The position numbers and the translations under genes are program-made. Source: Candidatus Electrothrix yaqonensis (lineage in GTDB: Bacteria; Desulfobacterota; Desulfobulbia; Desulfobulbales; Desulfobulbaceae). From it: 32,000 nucleotides of DNA. Under the pieces are notes generated by a model that was not told the DNA's origin, ran no database searches, and worked only from the letters and a program-made list of their open reading frames with translations. The stretch is taken from contig CP178758.1 of assembly GCA_047651235.1 (NCBI GenBank), positions 270,001-302,000 of the forward strand, in the 5' to 3' direction. Shown here piece after piece: positions 16,271 to 26,323 of the stretch (positions within the stretch are counted from its first letter, which is position 1; each line of letters starts with the position of its first letter).

Positions 16271-16446
16271 TTGCTGTATTGCAGCTGCACGTAACTCATC
16301 TCTCCTCTCAAGCCGAAAAAATACCTGCTCCCCGGCTTTTTTTACAGCACATCCGAACCGTCTGCTTTATGTTGGTGACATGCGGTGTTACAGGAATGCT
16401 GCGATTCTGCAGAGATCATCAGACATCAACAACCGATCAGAACAAC

Positions 16447-17391
16447 ATGCCTTCATTCCGCCCTGTTCTTCCCCCGCGTCTCCGGCCCGGCGACACTGTC
16501 GGGGTTGTGTATCCGGCCGGACCTGTCCGCGATACAGCAACCCTGGAAAACGGCATCCGGATGCTCCGGGATCTGAATCTGCGGGTCCGGCATTATGCGC
16601 CTGACAACAGCGGCCCGGACTATCTTGCTGCGGATGACGGGCAGCGGATCATGAGCCTGCAGCGGCTCTGGAGCGATGACGAGGTCAAGGCGCTGATCGC
16701 GGCCAGAGGCGGCTACGGCTGTCTGCGGATCATGGGCCAGCTGAATACCGACCTGCTGCGGGCAAAACCGAAATGGCTGATCGGCTTCAGTGATCTGACT
16801 GTACTGCTCAACGGTATTTTCGGAGCAACCGGGCTGGTCACCCTGCACGGCCCCATGATCACCACTCTGCCGAGGACTGATGCTCTGTCTTTTCATAGGT
16901 TCCGAGAGATACTGGGTGGTCAGTTCCCGCCTGTACCGCCTTCCTGCGACCTGGAAGTTCTCCGCTCCGGCATGGGGCAGGGCAGACTGATCGGCGGCAA
17001 TCTGACCACCCTGACCCATCTGGTCGGGACCCCCTGGCAGCCCCGGTTTGACGGCAGTATTTTCTTTCTGGAAGATACTGCCGAGCCTGTGTACGCGCTG
17101 GATCGGATGCTTACCCATCTTGCCTGCTGCGGTGTGCTGAACAACCTTGCCGGGCTGATTATCGGGGTGTTTGATCCCGGCCATAATGACCGGCTGGAAA
17201 TCCTGCGGCTCAATGAGCAGGTCTGGCAGCGGGCCCTTGAACTGACCGGCCAGGCCGGGTATCCTGTCTGGGGCGGATTTCCGGTGGGCCATCAGCAGGG
17301 CAATGTTCCCCTGCCCATCGGTATGGAGGCGGTCATGGACAGTTTCACCGGTACCCTGAAGTTCCTGCCGCAAAGCTGCGAGCGCGCCTGA
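16447..17391 (+). CDS. ldcA: LD-carboxypeptidase (S66 peptidase; muramoyltetrapeptide carboxypeptidase)
   Basis: LRPGDTVGVVYPAGP, IAARGGYG, the GFSDLTVLL nucleophile motif, FFLEDT and GFPVGHQ. The start was refined to the ATG at 16447 within track ORF 16279..17391. Confidence 0.8.
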   Translation: MPSFRPVLPPRLRPGDTVGVVYPAGPVRDTATLENGIRMLRDLNLRVRHYAPDNSGPDYLAADDGQRIMSLQRLWSDDEVKALIAARGGYGCLRIMGQLNTDLLRAKPKWLIGFSDLTVLLNGIFGATGLVTLHGPMITTLPRTDALSFHRFREILGGQFPPVPPSCDLEVLRSGMGQGRLIGGNLTTLTHLVGTPWQPRFDGSIFFLEDTAEPVYALDRMLTHLACCGVLNNLAGLIIGVFDPGHNDRLEILRLNEQVWQRALELTGQAGYPVWGGFPVGHQQGNVPLPIGMEAVMDSFTGTLKFLPQSCERA

Positions 17392-17446
17392 TGCAGCCTC
17401 TGATGTGCTGATGTATTCTTCTTCCTGAACCGACCGACTCACGCGC

Positions 17447-18097
17447 ATGTTTCTCCGCTGTGTCAAGACCTTCGGCCTCCTGCTTCTGGTGCCTGTCGGC
17501 TACGGCTTCACCCTGCTGCCCCTGCTTCTGGTCTGGCCCTATGTTCAGTCCGAATACCTGCTGCCAGCCCTGATTGCTTGGGCAGCGCTGTATCTCCTGC
17601 CGTTTCCCTTTCTGCTGCGCTGTATCCTCCGCAGAGTCTGGTTTTTCTGCGGCAAAGGCGAACCGGCGCTCCAGGATCTGCTGGAATTCACCCTGCTTGC
17701 TGTCAATGATTTCCCTAATCCGGTGGCTGTCCGAAAAAAGAAGAACAGGATGTGCATCAGCTGGCGCCATGATGACCCGGACTGGTGTCCGCGCATGGCC
17801 CTGGCTGGCATGCGGAAGACATACGAGCTGCATCTGGAGCTTCTGCCTGCTTTCCGAACCGTGATCATGCGGGATCGGGTCCGGCATGTCAACCTTGCTC
17901 TCTGCCCGCTCAAAGTGAGATCCGGGCTGCTCAGTTCGGCGCGTTTTTTCTTCCGGGTGCAGACCGGGCCGCAATGGACTATAAAGTTCTTTGAGCAGAC
18001 CCCTGCGGCTGATTACCGCTTCAGAGCGCAGGAAATCAAATCACCGGTGTTCAACGCCATCCTTGCAAACGGCTGGAATGTCCGTTTTGATCTGTAA
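17447..18097 (+). CDS. hypothetical membrane protein
   Basis: Two or three N-terminal hydrophobic helices. No recognised motif. Confidence 0.5.
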   Translation: MFLRCVKTFGLLLLVPVGYGFTLLPLLLVWPYVQSEYLLPALIAWAALYLLPFPFLLRCILRRVWFFCGKGEPALQDLLEFTLLAVNDFPNPVAVRKKKNRMCISWRHDDPDWCPRMALAGMRKTYELHLELLPAFRTVIMRDRVRHVNLALCPLKVRSGLLSSARFFFRVQTGPQWTIKFFEQTPAADYRFRAQEIKSPVFNAILANGWNVRFDL

Positions 18098-18240
18098 GAA
18101 CAGTTTTCACGACATTTATCGTGACATTTTTATGGATCAACAATATGATATCCGCTGACAAAGTCTATTGAGCATTCCCTGTAAACGGAGCGGCGGCCAA
18201 GGAGGAACCTGCTGCCGTCCATAACACTGAAAGGAATACA

Positions 18241-20046
18241 ATGAAACCTGTAAGAAACAAAGTACTGGTGCTTCTTCTGGTGTCACTGCTGCTGGTTGCC
18301 TGTGACAAAAAAGATAAGGAGGAAGTGAAATCGCAACCGAAGCCGGAGCCGCCGAAACAGGAGGTGAAGCTGGATGTCTCCATGCTTGAGCTGGTGCCGG
18401 AGGATACCATCTTCTTCTCCGGCGGACTGGAACCGTTTCCGCTGAAAGAGACCCTGCAGTGGAGCGCGGCGCAGTTCAGCATGCTGAAGGAGCTTGATCC
18501 GAAGACCATGCTGCCGCCGGTTCAGGAAACAGCTCCTGAAGGACAGCGGATGGCGGCGCAGCTCTGGGCTGAATACTATGCCCTCCTTGTTTCTCCGGAA
18601 ACAGAGCTGACCGCCTGGGGCATCAAGGAAAAACCTGTTATGGCCTCGTATTCCATCGGCCTATCCCCTGTGCTGCTGCGCATCAGCCTGCAGGATGCGG
18701 AAAAATTCAATGCAAAACTTGATGGACTGGAGGCAGATGCCAAAATTACCGGCAAGTCGGAAACTTTGGGTGAGGCAACCTTTCGGCGTTATGTGCTGCA
18801 GGAGAAAGATCCGCACCTGACGCTGATCATAGGTGTGGACGGTGAACGCAACCATGCTGTTGTCCTGCTGGATTTAGGGGTTGACAGCGACCAGACCCTT
18901 GCGCTGGCCCTGGGACAGAAAAAGCCGGAAAAATCTTTGGCGCAGAGCGGACGGGTTGAGGCCCTGCAGAAGAAATATCAGCTTCTGCCTTCCTGGATCA
19001 GTTATATCGATCACCAGCAGCTGATCACCGGACTGACCACAAAAGAGGGCAACAGTCTTGCAAAGATGGTCCAGGTTCTTGCTCCGCAGCTGCAGGGTGC
19101 GACAGAATCTCTGGCAGCCCTGCAGGAGGAGGGCTGCCGTAATGACCTCACAGCCATCGGCGAGAACTGGCCGCAGACGGTGATCGGGTATACCGCACTG
19201 GACCTGAAGGCCAAGCCGTCTCATATTGATTCCCTGATGGTGGTGGAAAGCAAGGATAAAAAACTGCTGGACGGACTGGGTTCGCTTCGCGGCGTTGTGC
19301 CTGACTACGTCCGCAACTCGCCTGAACCGCCTGTGTTCTCATTCGGCCTTGGCCTGAATCTGGACAACCTCATGCCGTTCCTCACGCAGCGCTGGACTGA
19401 AATCACCCAGAAACAGTACAGTTGCTCCTTTCTGCAGGAAATGCAGGCGCAGGTCAAGACGCAGCAGCCGGCTGTTATTGGTGCGGCTACAGGTATGGCT
19501 CCCGGTGTGCAGGGAATTGCCTTTTCCCTGCTGTCGCTGACCATGAGCAGCCCGGAGAACAGCGGGATGCCCATGCCTGAAAAGGCTGACGCCGTGATCA
19601 GCCTGGCCGCCAAAGATCCGGCAACACTGGTGCAGATGGCCAGCACAATGGTTCCGCCGCTGGCAGAACTGCAGCTGCCTGCTGATGGCACGCCGGTGCA
19701 GCTTCCTCTGCCGTTGCCGCTGCAATTTCCGGTCATGGCAGCTATACATGGCCAGCACCTGACTGTATATGCCGGAGAAAAGGCAGCAGGTATTGCCCAG
19801 GGACTGGACAAGGTCAGTTTGGACGCCTCCCGTGGATTTATGGCCGCAGATATTGACTATGGCAAATATTACGGGTTGATCGGAGATGTTATGACCGATT
19901 TTGGTGTTACGGCAGACAGCCCGGAAAATGCCCAGGCTACGGCCATTCTTGAAGGGATGAAGAAAGCTGCAATGCGGCTCTGGATGGATATGGATTTTAC
20001 GGAGCGCGGCATTGAAATGCATGCGAATGTGATTTCAACAAAGTAA
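18241..20046 (+). CDS. large hypothetical lipoprotein
   Basis: MKPVRNKVLVLLLVSLLLVAC has a lipobox. 600 aa with no catalytic motif recognised. Confidence 0.7.
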   Translation: MKPVRNKVLVLLLVSLLLVACDKKDKEEVKSQPKPEPPKQEVKLDVSMLELVPEDTIFFSGGLEPFPLKETLQWSAAQFSMLKELDPKTMLPPVQETAPEGQRMAAQLWAEYYALLVSPETELTAWGIKEKPVMASYSIGLSPVLLRISLQDAEKFNAKLDGLEADAKITGKSETLGEATFRRYVLQEKDPHLTLIIGVDGERNHAVVLLDLGVDSDQTLALALGQKKPEKSLAQSGRVEALQKKYQLLPSWISYIDHQQLITGLTTKEGNSLAKMVQVLAPQLQGATESLAALQEEGCRNDLTAIGENWPQTVIGYTALDLKAKPSHIDSLMVVESKDKKLLDGLGSLRGVVPDYVRNSPEPPVFSFGLGLNLDNLMPFLTQRWTEITQKQYSCSFLQEMQAQVKTQQPAVIGAATGMAPGVQGIAFSLLSLTMSSPENSGMPMPEKADAVISLAAKDPATLVQMASTMVPPLAELQLPADGTPVQLPLPLPLQFPVMAAIHGQHLTVYAGEKAAGIAQGLDKVSLDASRGFMAADIDYGKYYGLIGDVMTDFGVTADSPENAQATAILEGMKKAAMRLWMDMDFTERGIEMHANVISTK

Positions 20047-20154
20047 GAAGCCTGCTGATCTTTGTTGTATTCTTCTGCCGCCCGGTCCTTCGGAGCCGGG
20101 CGCGCCCTGTGGAGAATGCGTCCTGATGAATGTACTGAAGGAAGTTGTGCTCAG

Positions 20155-20856
20155 ATGAGAATCCGGAAAAAAGATTTTGTAGCCGGGGCTGAGGAAGCTG
20201 AAGGTATTGCGGTCATCATTGACGTGTTCCGGGCTTTTTCTGTAGCCTGTTACTGCCTGCACGGCGGGGCGGAGCGGGTGCTTCCTGTCGGGGCAGTTGA
20301 AGAAGCTCTGACCCTGAAAGAGCAGGTTGCCTGTCCCGTGCTGATCGGCGAACGGGGCGGCAGAAGACTGGACGGCTTTGATTTCGGCAACTCACCCTCT
20401 GAGCTGCAGTCCGCTGAGCTGCAGGGGAAAAATATCATTCATACCACCCATGCCGGTACCCAGGGCGTTGTCCATGCCCGCAGGGCTTCCGAGGTGCTGA
20501 CCGGGGCCTTTGTCAATGCCCGCGCTACAGCCCGGTATATCAGAAGCAGATCGCCTGAGACAGTCACGCTGGTCAGAATGGGCTGGAAGGCAGAGACCCC
20601 ATCGGATGAGGATAATCTGTGTGCCGATTATCTGGAAAGTCTGCTGCTGGAACTCCCGTTTGATGAGCAGGCTGTCAGACCGGCTTTGAAGGCGTCCCCC
20701 TGTGCAGAGCGCTTTTTTGATCCGCAGCAGCCGTGGAATCCCGCAGAGGATTTTGACCTGTGTCTGCGGATCAATACCTTTGATTTTGCCGTGATCGCCG
20801 GGACAGATGAAGACGGTCTGCTGGCGTTGCGCAGAAGCTGTCTTCTCAGGAGATAG
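20155..20856 (+). CDS. comB: 2-phosphosulfolactate phosphatase (ComB family)
   Basis: VIIDVFRAFS and FGNSPSE are the ComB signature motifs. The start is uncertain: ATG at 20155 or 20116, both within track ORF 20062..20856. Confidence 0.7.
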   Translation: MRIRKKDFVAGAEEAEGIAVIIDVFRAFSVACYCLHGGAERVLPVGAVEEALTLKEQVACPVLIGERGGRRLDGFDFGNSPSELQSAELQGKNIIHTTHAGTQGVVHARRASEVLTGAFVNARATARYIRSRSPETVTLVRMGWKAETPSDEDNLCADYLESLLLELPFDEQAVRPALKASPCAERFFDPQQPWNPAEDFDLCLRINTFDFAVIAGTDEDGLLALRRSCLLRR

Positions 20857-20877
20857 CCGAATCCTGCTCCCCGGCTG

Positions 20878-21279
20878 TCAGCCGACCCGGACCTGCAGCT
20901 TTTCAGCCAGCTTATAGCCGATAATCGCGCCCCGTCCTTTTGTGCCGAAACTGAATTCCCCCTGCTGCAGATAGCCTCCAAGACGACCGTGCCGCTCTTC
21001 CGCCTCCAGATCGACACCGAGCAACACCGCGCTGCGTGAATAATGGGCAGTCGCGACCAGCCCGTCCTGCCTGAGCCGCTGCACAAAGCTCTTTACCCGC
21101 GTCGGCAAGCAGTGCTTCCAGCTCCCTGTCCTTGCCGATCATCTGTTCGGTCATGCCGTCATCCCTTCCATAAAGAGCAGGCCCCAGAGGCTGACCGCGA
21201 TCATCAGCACCAGCAGGACTGAACGGGTGCGCCGGCGGATCAGTGAGGCCCAGGCTATTTTGGTTGTTGTTGTGAACAT
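20878..21279 (-). pseudogene. remnant of an FtsX/MacB/LolCE-type ABC transporter permease (N-terminal ~130 codons spread over three frames)
   Basis: The ATG at 21279 gives MFTTTTKIAWASLIRRRTRSVLLVLMIAVSLWGLLF (typical TM1), followed by a stop. The sequence then continues in other frames as TEQMIGKD... and ...LLGVDLEAEERHGRLGGYLQQGEFSFGTKGRGAIIGYKLAEKLQVRVG, a periplasmic-domain pattern. Confidence 0.55.
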
Positions 21280-21313
21280 GGTGTATATCCTCTGTATATC
21301 TTTTTGCGGAAGG

Positions 21314-22291
21314 TTAGTGATTCTGTCCCTGCTGAATATGTTGCAGGATTTTTTTGCTCAGAATCTCCCAGAGTTCTTTGTTGAAAAACACATGTCCTCC
21401 GCCTTTGATGATGAAAACTTCCGCATTGTCGAGGGAGTGGGCAAGGAGCTTTGTGTTTTCCGGGTTGGCCGGAAGATAGTCTTTTTCCCCGTGAATATAG
21501 AGCAGGGACTTGTTGAGACGGCTCAGTTCTTCCCAGATATCCCGGATACCAGCCTGTACATTGGTATGATTCCAGGCCGGGCCGATTGTTTCTGTGGCAT
21601 AGATAGCCTCGGTATATCGGTAGGCCATGTCCTTATCAAACTCCCAGTCCCCGTTCAGATAACGCCATACCTTGAGGAATTCCGGCGCACCTCTCTCAAA
21701 ATCCTGGTACATGGGGTTTGCCATAAATATCCCCCAGATTTTTTCCGTAATCTCAGGAGGTGTTGCAACATAGGGCAGATTGCCTTTGGCCAAGATAGGA
21801 CTGCTCACTGCTGTCACTGATCTGGTTTGCTTTGGATACGACAGAGCAAAGAGCTGGGCAATGGAACCGCCCAGAGAATGGCCGATGATATGCGCCGGTT
21901 GCTCTGAGTGTGCAGCAAGAACGGCAGCAGCATCGTCCACCATATCATTGATCGAATAGGGAAGCTCAATGCCGCTGTCAGGTGCGTTCTGGGGGAAATG
22001 GGTTGAGCGGCCCATGTCCCGGTTGTCAAAGCGGATAACGAAATATCCATTGGCAACCAGTCTTGCGCAGAAGCTGTCTTCCCAGAAGAGAGCTGGAGCC
22101 ATAGCTCCGGCTATCAACAGGACCGGAACATCGTCTTTGTTGCCAAAGCTTTCAGCGTAGAGTTTGACTGATCCGTTGTGTATCATTCGAGACATAAAAT
22201 GAGGTTTCATGTTGTTAGCTGTTCCAATGTTGATGATAGCAAAGACAAAGATTATACTGAGCGAAATATAAAGGAGTTTTGTGTCATTCAT
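21314..22291 (-). CDS. secreted alpha/beta-fold hydrolase
   Basis: N-terminal signal/anchor, GHSLGG nucleophile elbow, and a C-terminal GGGH. Confidence 0.8.
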   Translation of the reverse strand: MNDTKLLYISLSIIFVFAIINIGTANNMKPHFMSRMIHNGSVKLYAESFGNKDDVPVLLIAGAMAPALFWEDSFCARLVANGYFVIRFDNRDMGRSTHFPQNAPDSGIELPYSINDMVDDAAAVLAAHSEQPAHIIGHSLGGSIAQLFALSYPKQTRSVTAVSSPILAKGNLPYVATPPEITEKIWGIFMANPMYQDFERGAPEFLKVWRYLNGDWEFDKDMAYRYTEAIYATETIGPAWNHTNVQAGIRDIWEELSRLNKSLLYIHGEKDYLPANPENTKLLAHSLDNAEVFIIKGGGHVFFNKELWEILSKKILQHIQQGQNH

Positions 22292-22444
22292 CTCAAAATT
22301 ATCTGCGCCTAAGAGAAGAACTCATGTTGACTGTCCAGGCTTGTAAAAAAATCACATGGTTCAGGTTTCATGCCTCTGTTCTCCATAGCAACTTTGACAA
22401 TCAATTTATTATACGGGTGAATATCCTCAGCGTTTATATATTCA

Positions 22445-23038
22445 TCAATGCTTTATCCATCGCGCTTCAAGTATCTCCTGGCTGTCGGTAATATGAATCG
22501 TTGTGGATAACGGTACGGCCTTGCAAATAAAATAAATATTTGACGCATTAAACTGGCATGGTGAAAAATGTCCGATGGAGACAATAGACTCCGGCTGCAC
22601 ATCTATTCCGGTTTCTTCAGATACCTCTCTTGTGACCGCCTGTGAGATATTTTCTGCGTTGTCTACATAACCACCCGGAAGCTTATATTTTCTGTATACC
22701 CTGTCCTTAACAACCAACATGCTGTCTCCGTCCCGGACAAAGGCACCAACTCCTATTGTGTGGTTTGTCGGGGTGGGAATGACAGGATTCTGTGTTAATT
22801 TCCTGAGCAGAATGATTGTCTTTTCATTACAGTCATAAAATGTAAATTCGTGCTTTGTTAATACAGGGATATAGCGTGATTTGCTGATGGGTAGAGTAAT
22901 CCATAGTAATTTTTTGTCGGCCTGATCGGAGATGAGCTTTACGAGACCTTTCTCAAACTCGTCAAGAGCTTGAACAACGGTGGTATCATCAATGATGATG
23001 CCGCCATATTTGTCTTCTTTGTATGTAATCCGTATCAT
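22445..23038 (-). CDS. Nudix hydrolase with an N-terminal accessory domain
   Basis: The Nudix box is GGYVDNAENISQAVTREVSEETGI. Confidence 0.8.
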   Translation of the reverse strand: MIRITYKEDKYGGIIIDDTTVVQALDEFEKGLVKLISDQADKKLLWITLPISKSRYIPVLTKHEFTFYDCNEKTIILLRKLTQNPVIPTPTNHTIGVGAFVRDGDSMLVVKDRVYRKYKLPGGYVDNAENISQAVTREVSEETGIDVQPESIVSIGHFSPCQFNASNIYFICKAVPLSTTIHITDSQEILEARWIKH

Positions 23039-23039
23039 T

Positions 23040-23360
23040 TTACTGTAATATCAAAACAATAAATCCAATTACAATTAAAGCAAAATTCAGTTGAAACAAA
23101 TGGAACCATTTTAGCGATTTGTTTTTTCTTTTACAAATATCGTGGTATTTCAAAACAGTAGAGAAAACATAAAACGGCGAAACCCAAAACTTGTAATAGC
23201 TGAATTCTCTTTCGGCTTCCAAAACAGGCCTCATCTTGAAGTAATAAATCAATATGTTCCCAACCACAGGGAGCATTATCAAATTTTCAAAATTCATTCT
23301 GATGCCACCATATTTGTCTTCCCTGTATGCAATCGCTGTGTGATCAATAAAAGGGTTCAT
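23040..23360 (-). CDS. small hypothetical membrane protein; its first ~21 codons duplicate the 5' end of the Nudix gene
   Basis: AT-rich ORF with hydrophobic segments. The real start may be the internal MNFENL. See the related finding. Confidence 0.35.
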   Translation of the reverse strand: MNPFIDHTAIAYREDKYGGIRMNFENLIMLPVVGNILIYYFKMRPVLEAEREFSYYKFWVSPFYVFSTVLKYHDICKRKNKSLKWFHLFQLNFALIVIGFIVLILQ

Positions 23361-24196
23361 GCTTTCCTGGCAATCACTGCAAATTCGCTGGATTTCTGAT
23401 CATAAGGGCTGCCTGCAACGTCGGAATACAGCCCTTTGATGGAGAAGCCAGCCGCAACAAACTCGTTTTCAAGGTCTTCAGGGGTAAAATGCTGAAACCA
23501 GTTGTAGACTTGTCTGGTGCGTTCAGGCTCAATGATTGTGTACTTATCCAGGATGACCTTCTCTTCATCGTATTTGAAGGTATTCACAAAGCCGTAATAC
23601 TTGTTCGGCGACCAGAATCCGTTGAGTTGATTCAGCTCATATGTCGCGCTCTCTTCCCGTTGTTCGAAGGCTGAGAGGGAGTTTACATCAAGAAGGACCG
23701 AGCCTCCCGGTTGCAGCATGTTATGGAATTTGCTCAGGAGCATCTTGCGTTGCGTCGGGCTGAGGGCGCAGAAATCACACATAATCATCACAATAAGGTC
23801 GAACTGTTCTTCCGCCTCAAATTCCAGGTAGTTATGGTTCAAATAGTTGATATTCAACTGCTCACGGGCTGCAACTTCTTTTGCGTAGTCGATGGATCTC
23901 TTAGAAAAATCAATGCCAGTCACTTGTGCGCCGTGTTGTGCCAAAGCTGTTGCATAGAGTCCCGGACCACAGCCGAAATCAGCTATCCTGTTGTTATTGC
24001 CGATGTTGAACTCAGCCGCGATCCATTCCACTGATCGCTTGATAAACTCCGAGTTTCGCGAAGAAAGATCGACATCCTCATTAAGATGGTATGAAAGCAT
24101 CTGCTTTGACGTATGCTCATCAGTCCACAGGTCGCTTGCCGTGTAATACTGGAACGGTTCAGGTTTTTGGTTGATCTTCTCTAATTCTTCAAACAT
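23357..24196 (-). CDS. class I SAM-dependent methyltransferase
   Basis: Motif I is IADFGCGPGLY, followed by an acidic loop ...GIDFS.... Confidence 0.8.
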   Translation of the reverse strand: MFEELEKINQKPEPFQYYTASDLWTDEHTSKQMLSYHLNEDVDLSSRNSEFIKRSVEWIAAEFNIGNNNRIADFGCGPGLYATALAQHGAQVTGIDFSKRSIDYAKEVAAREQLNINYLNHNYLEFEAEEQFDLIVMIMCDFCALSPTQRKMLLSKFHNMLQPGGSVLLDVNSLSAFEQREESATYELNQLNGFWSPNKYYGFVNTFKYDEEKVILDKYTIIEPERTRQVYNWFQHFTPEDLENEFVAAGFSIKGLYSDVAGSPYDQKSSEFAVIARKA

Positions 24197-24549
24197 GGTA
24201 TTTCCTCGTTATTTAGCAGAACATCAACTCTGCAATGATTGTTAAATGCTAGCTCTATAGCCAGTTGGGGGCCGGTTGCTTTGAATCCTTCATGAAAAAT
24301 GACGTTGCCCTGAGGTATGTCACTGTCAAAGGAAAGAGCAAAGAACACTTCCTGCGGAACGCCCTCAAGAGCGAGATCGTCAACATTCTTAAACCCGAAT
24401 TGTCGGTAGTATTCCGGGTGCCCGACCAGACAGCAGCCTTTCGCCTGAAGTGCTCGCAAGCGTGATAACCCTTCTTCTATAAGTGCCTTGCCGATCCCCT
24501 GGCGTTGAACGTCCGGGAGCACGGAAACCGGGCCGAGTCCGTACCAGTC
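24181..24549 (-). pseudogene. GNAT (YhbS-like) N-acetyltransferase, C-terminal part, severed by an IS insertion
   Basis: (DWY)GLGPVSVLPDVQRQGIGKALIEEG carries the acetyl-CoA-binding Q/RxxGxG/A motif. The track ORF start (24579) lies inside the IS end. Confidence 0.8.
24541..24549. repeat. 9-bp target-site duplication GTACCAGTC (left copy; right copy at 26051-26059)
   Basis: Identical 9-mers directly flank the inverted repeats. Both encode D-W-Y of the interrupted GNAT reading frame. Confidence 0.8.
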
Positions 24550-26050
24550 GGGTGCGATTAAAAGTGCGGTTTCTGACACCTTACGCTGCCCAGCTTATAT
24601 TCTCCCAATATTTATCCCAGTATCCGTCCGCACGGTCAACTCTCAGGGAAAGCATGATTCGGGCATTTTCCGGTGTCCACCATGCGCCGGCTATTTTCAG
24701 ACGTTCCTGGATGACATACCGGTGCGCACTTTCTATTTCTCCAGAACCGATAGGTAAACCAAGCTGTTGAGCATCGGGATAGTCGAACTGCCCCGGACGG
24801 TTGCTCAGGTAACGCAGGCAGCAGCGGACAGGTGCATTTTGATCTTCTGTCTTTTCCGGCTCAAGATGAGGCTTCAATGCTTCGATCAGTTTTTTTTCCT
24901 GTCCCTTTTTCAGCCGCTCTTTCTGCTGCTTACCCCATGATCCTTTTCCGTCTTTCCCGGAACATGCCGGTGCAGCAGCCTCCAGGTATTCACAAACATG
25001 ATAAAAATCGACAAGGTAATGTCCCTGTGAACCGAACTGTTTTTTCACCTGCCCGGAAATCCACGTTGCTCCGTCACCCACTGAATGCAGAGATGTACCC
25101 CGACCGAATCCCGCACGGCAGGCGCAATCAAAGAGAACCTTTCCCGACTCGTCAACGTTTTCCTGAAATGCAACTCCGAATTTAAGCGTCCTTTCACCGA
25201 GAACATGAGCTATACTCAGGCGTGCTTCTTTCCAGCTGTGCTTTTTACCTTTGCGCCGGTCCCTGGCATCTGTATCCGTCAGGACAATCGGAACCATGCT
25301 GCCGTCCGTCTCGGCAATAACGAAGTCCCGTCCCTTTATAGACGGATATTCTTCAATTCTCTCCTATCGACGTCTTTCATGTATGTGTCGGGCGTGAGTC
25401 TCCGTGATATTTCGGACAGTACTTACCGGTAATGTTATCCCATAATGTTCCTTCAGTTTTTCAGGAACCCGACCAAAGGAATGGTCTGCCCCGAAATCTG
25501 TTACGGCACGCTGCAGAGGCAGCGAGCAGCATCGGCAGGTTATTCCGGCACTTCGGCTGAACGGCCGGTACCGTTTTCCCGGCTGTCTGTACTCCTGCTC
25601 AACTACGTGAATTATCCCGAACGTCGTGTGCCAATGTGTTTTTTTTACCGCTACGGGTACAATTACCGTCCGTCGGAAGAGCTGCCCCGGATTTTTCAAT
25701 TCGACTCTCCGCCCATCCGCTGAGCACCTCATTACCCATCCGGCGAACTTCCTCAATGACCCTACTTTCGGCCTCATCAGCTTTTACAATCCCGTCTCCG
25801 TCATCACCGGCTATAGAAAGAATAGCTTGAATACGCGTTTTCAGATTTGGCTGACGGTTCAATTGATTGAGCAATTCCTTATCTTCCTGTGACAGTGAGG
25901 ACATAAATATCTTCTCCGGGATAATATTATACGAACGGACAACACAGCATCCTGATTACTTGCTGTTTCTTTCTCAAAGAAATCAAAGTAACAGAAAAAT
26001 ACGCTCTCATGCATCCCGTAATTGATAAAACCGCACTTGTAATCGCACCC
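24550..26050 (-). mobile_element. ISKra4-like insertion sequence, 1501 bp, with 23-bp terminal inverted repeats
   Basis: IRL at 24550-24572 is GGGTGCGATTAAAAGTGCGGTTT. The reverse complement of IRR at 26028-26050 is GGGTGCGATTACAAGTGCGGTTT (22/23 identical). A 9-bp TSD is present, and the interior encodes a DDE transposase. Confidence 0.8.
24581..25904 (-). pseudogene. ISKra4-family DDE transposase, interrupted by one frameshift and one in-frame TAG
   Basis: Three track ORFs cover it: 25599..25904, 25364..25777 and 24581..25297. The last two share a frame and are separated by the TAG at 25364-25366. Motifs are IAETDG, VGDGATW and GSGEIES. Confidence 0.7.
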
Positions 26051-26293
26051 GTACCAGTCTGTGCTGCCGTCCGACATGGTGACAGGAGAGAAGGCAATAT
26101 GGCCTACAACACGGTCGTCTATTTCCGCAACCAATGAGATTGTCAGGGCATTGGCAGTTCGTAATGCCTCAATGATGAATTGTTCAGTGTGGTTGCTGAT
26201 CTCCAGCGTCTCGAACGCTGCTTGCGTCACATCTGAGATGACGCTGTGGTCTGTGTCTTTTTCGTCTCTGATCAAGATGTTTTGTGGTTTCAT
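26051..26293 (-). pseudogene. GNAT N-acetyltransferase, N-terminal part (other half at 24181-24549)
   Basis: MKPQNILIRDEKDTDHSVISDVTQAAFE...VVGHIAFSPVTMSDGSTDWY runs straight into the IS right end. Confidence 0.8.
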
Positions 26294-26323
26294 GAAAAAT
26301 GTCTTCGTTTTTATATTGTGTTG

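Noticed and set aside
20912-21154. Track ORFs 20912..21154 and 20878..21108, considered as independent small genes such as a toxin-antitoxin pair.
   Set aside because: Their translations join, across frameshifts, with the 42-codon TM1-encoding ORF at 21151-21279. Together they form the N-terminal part of an FtsX-type permease, so they are better explained as pseudogene fragments.
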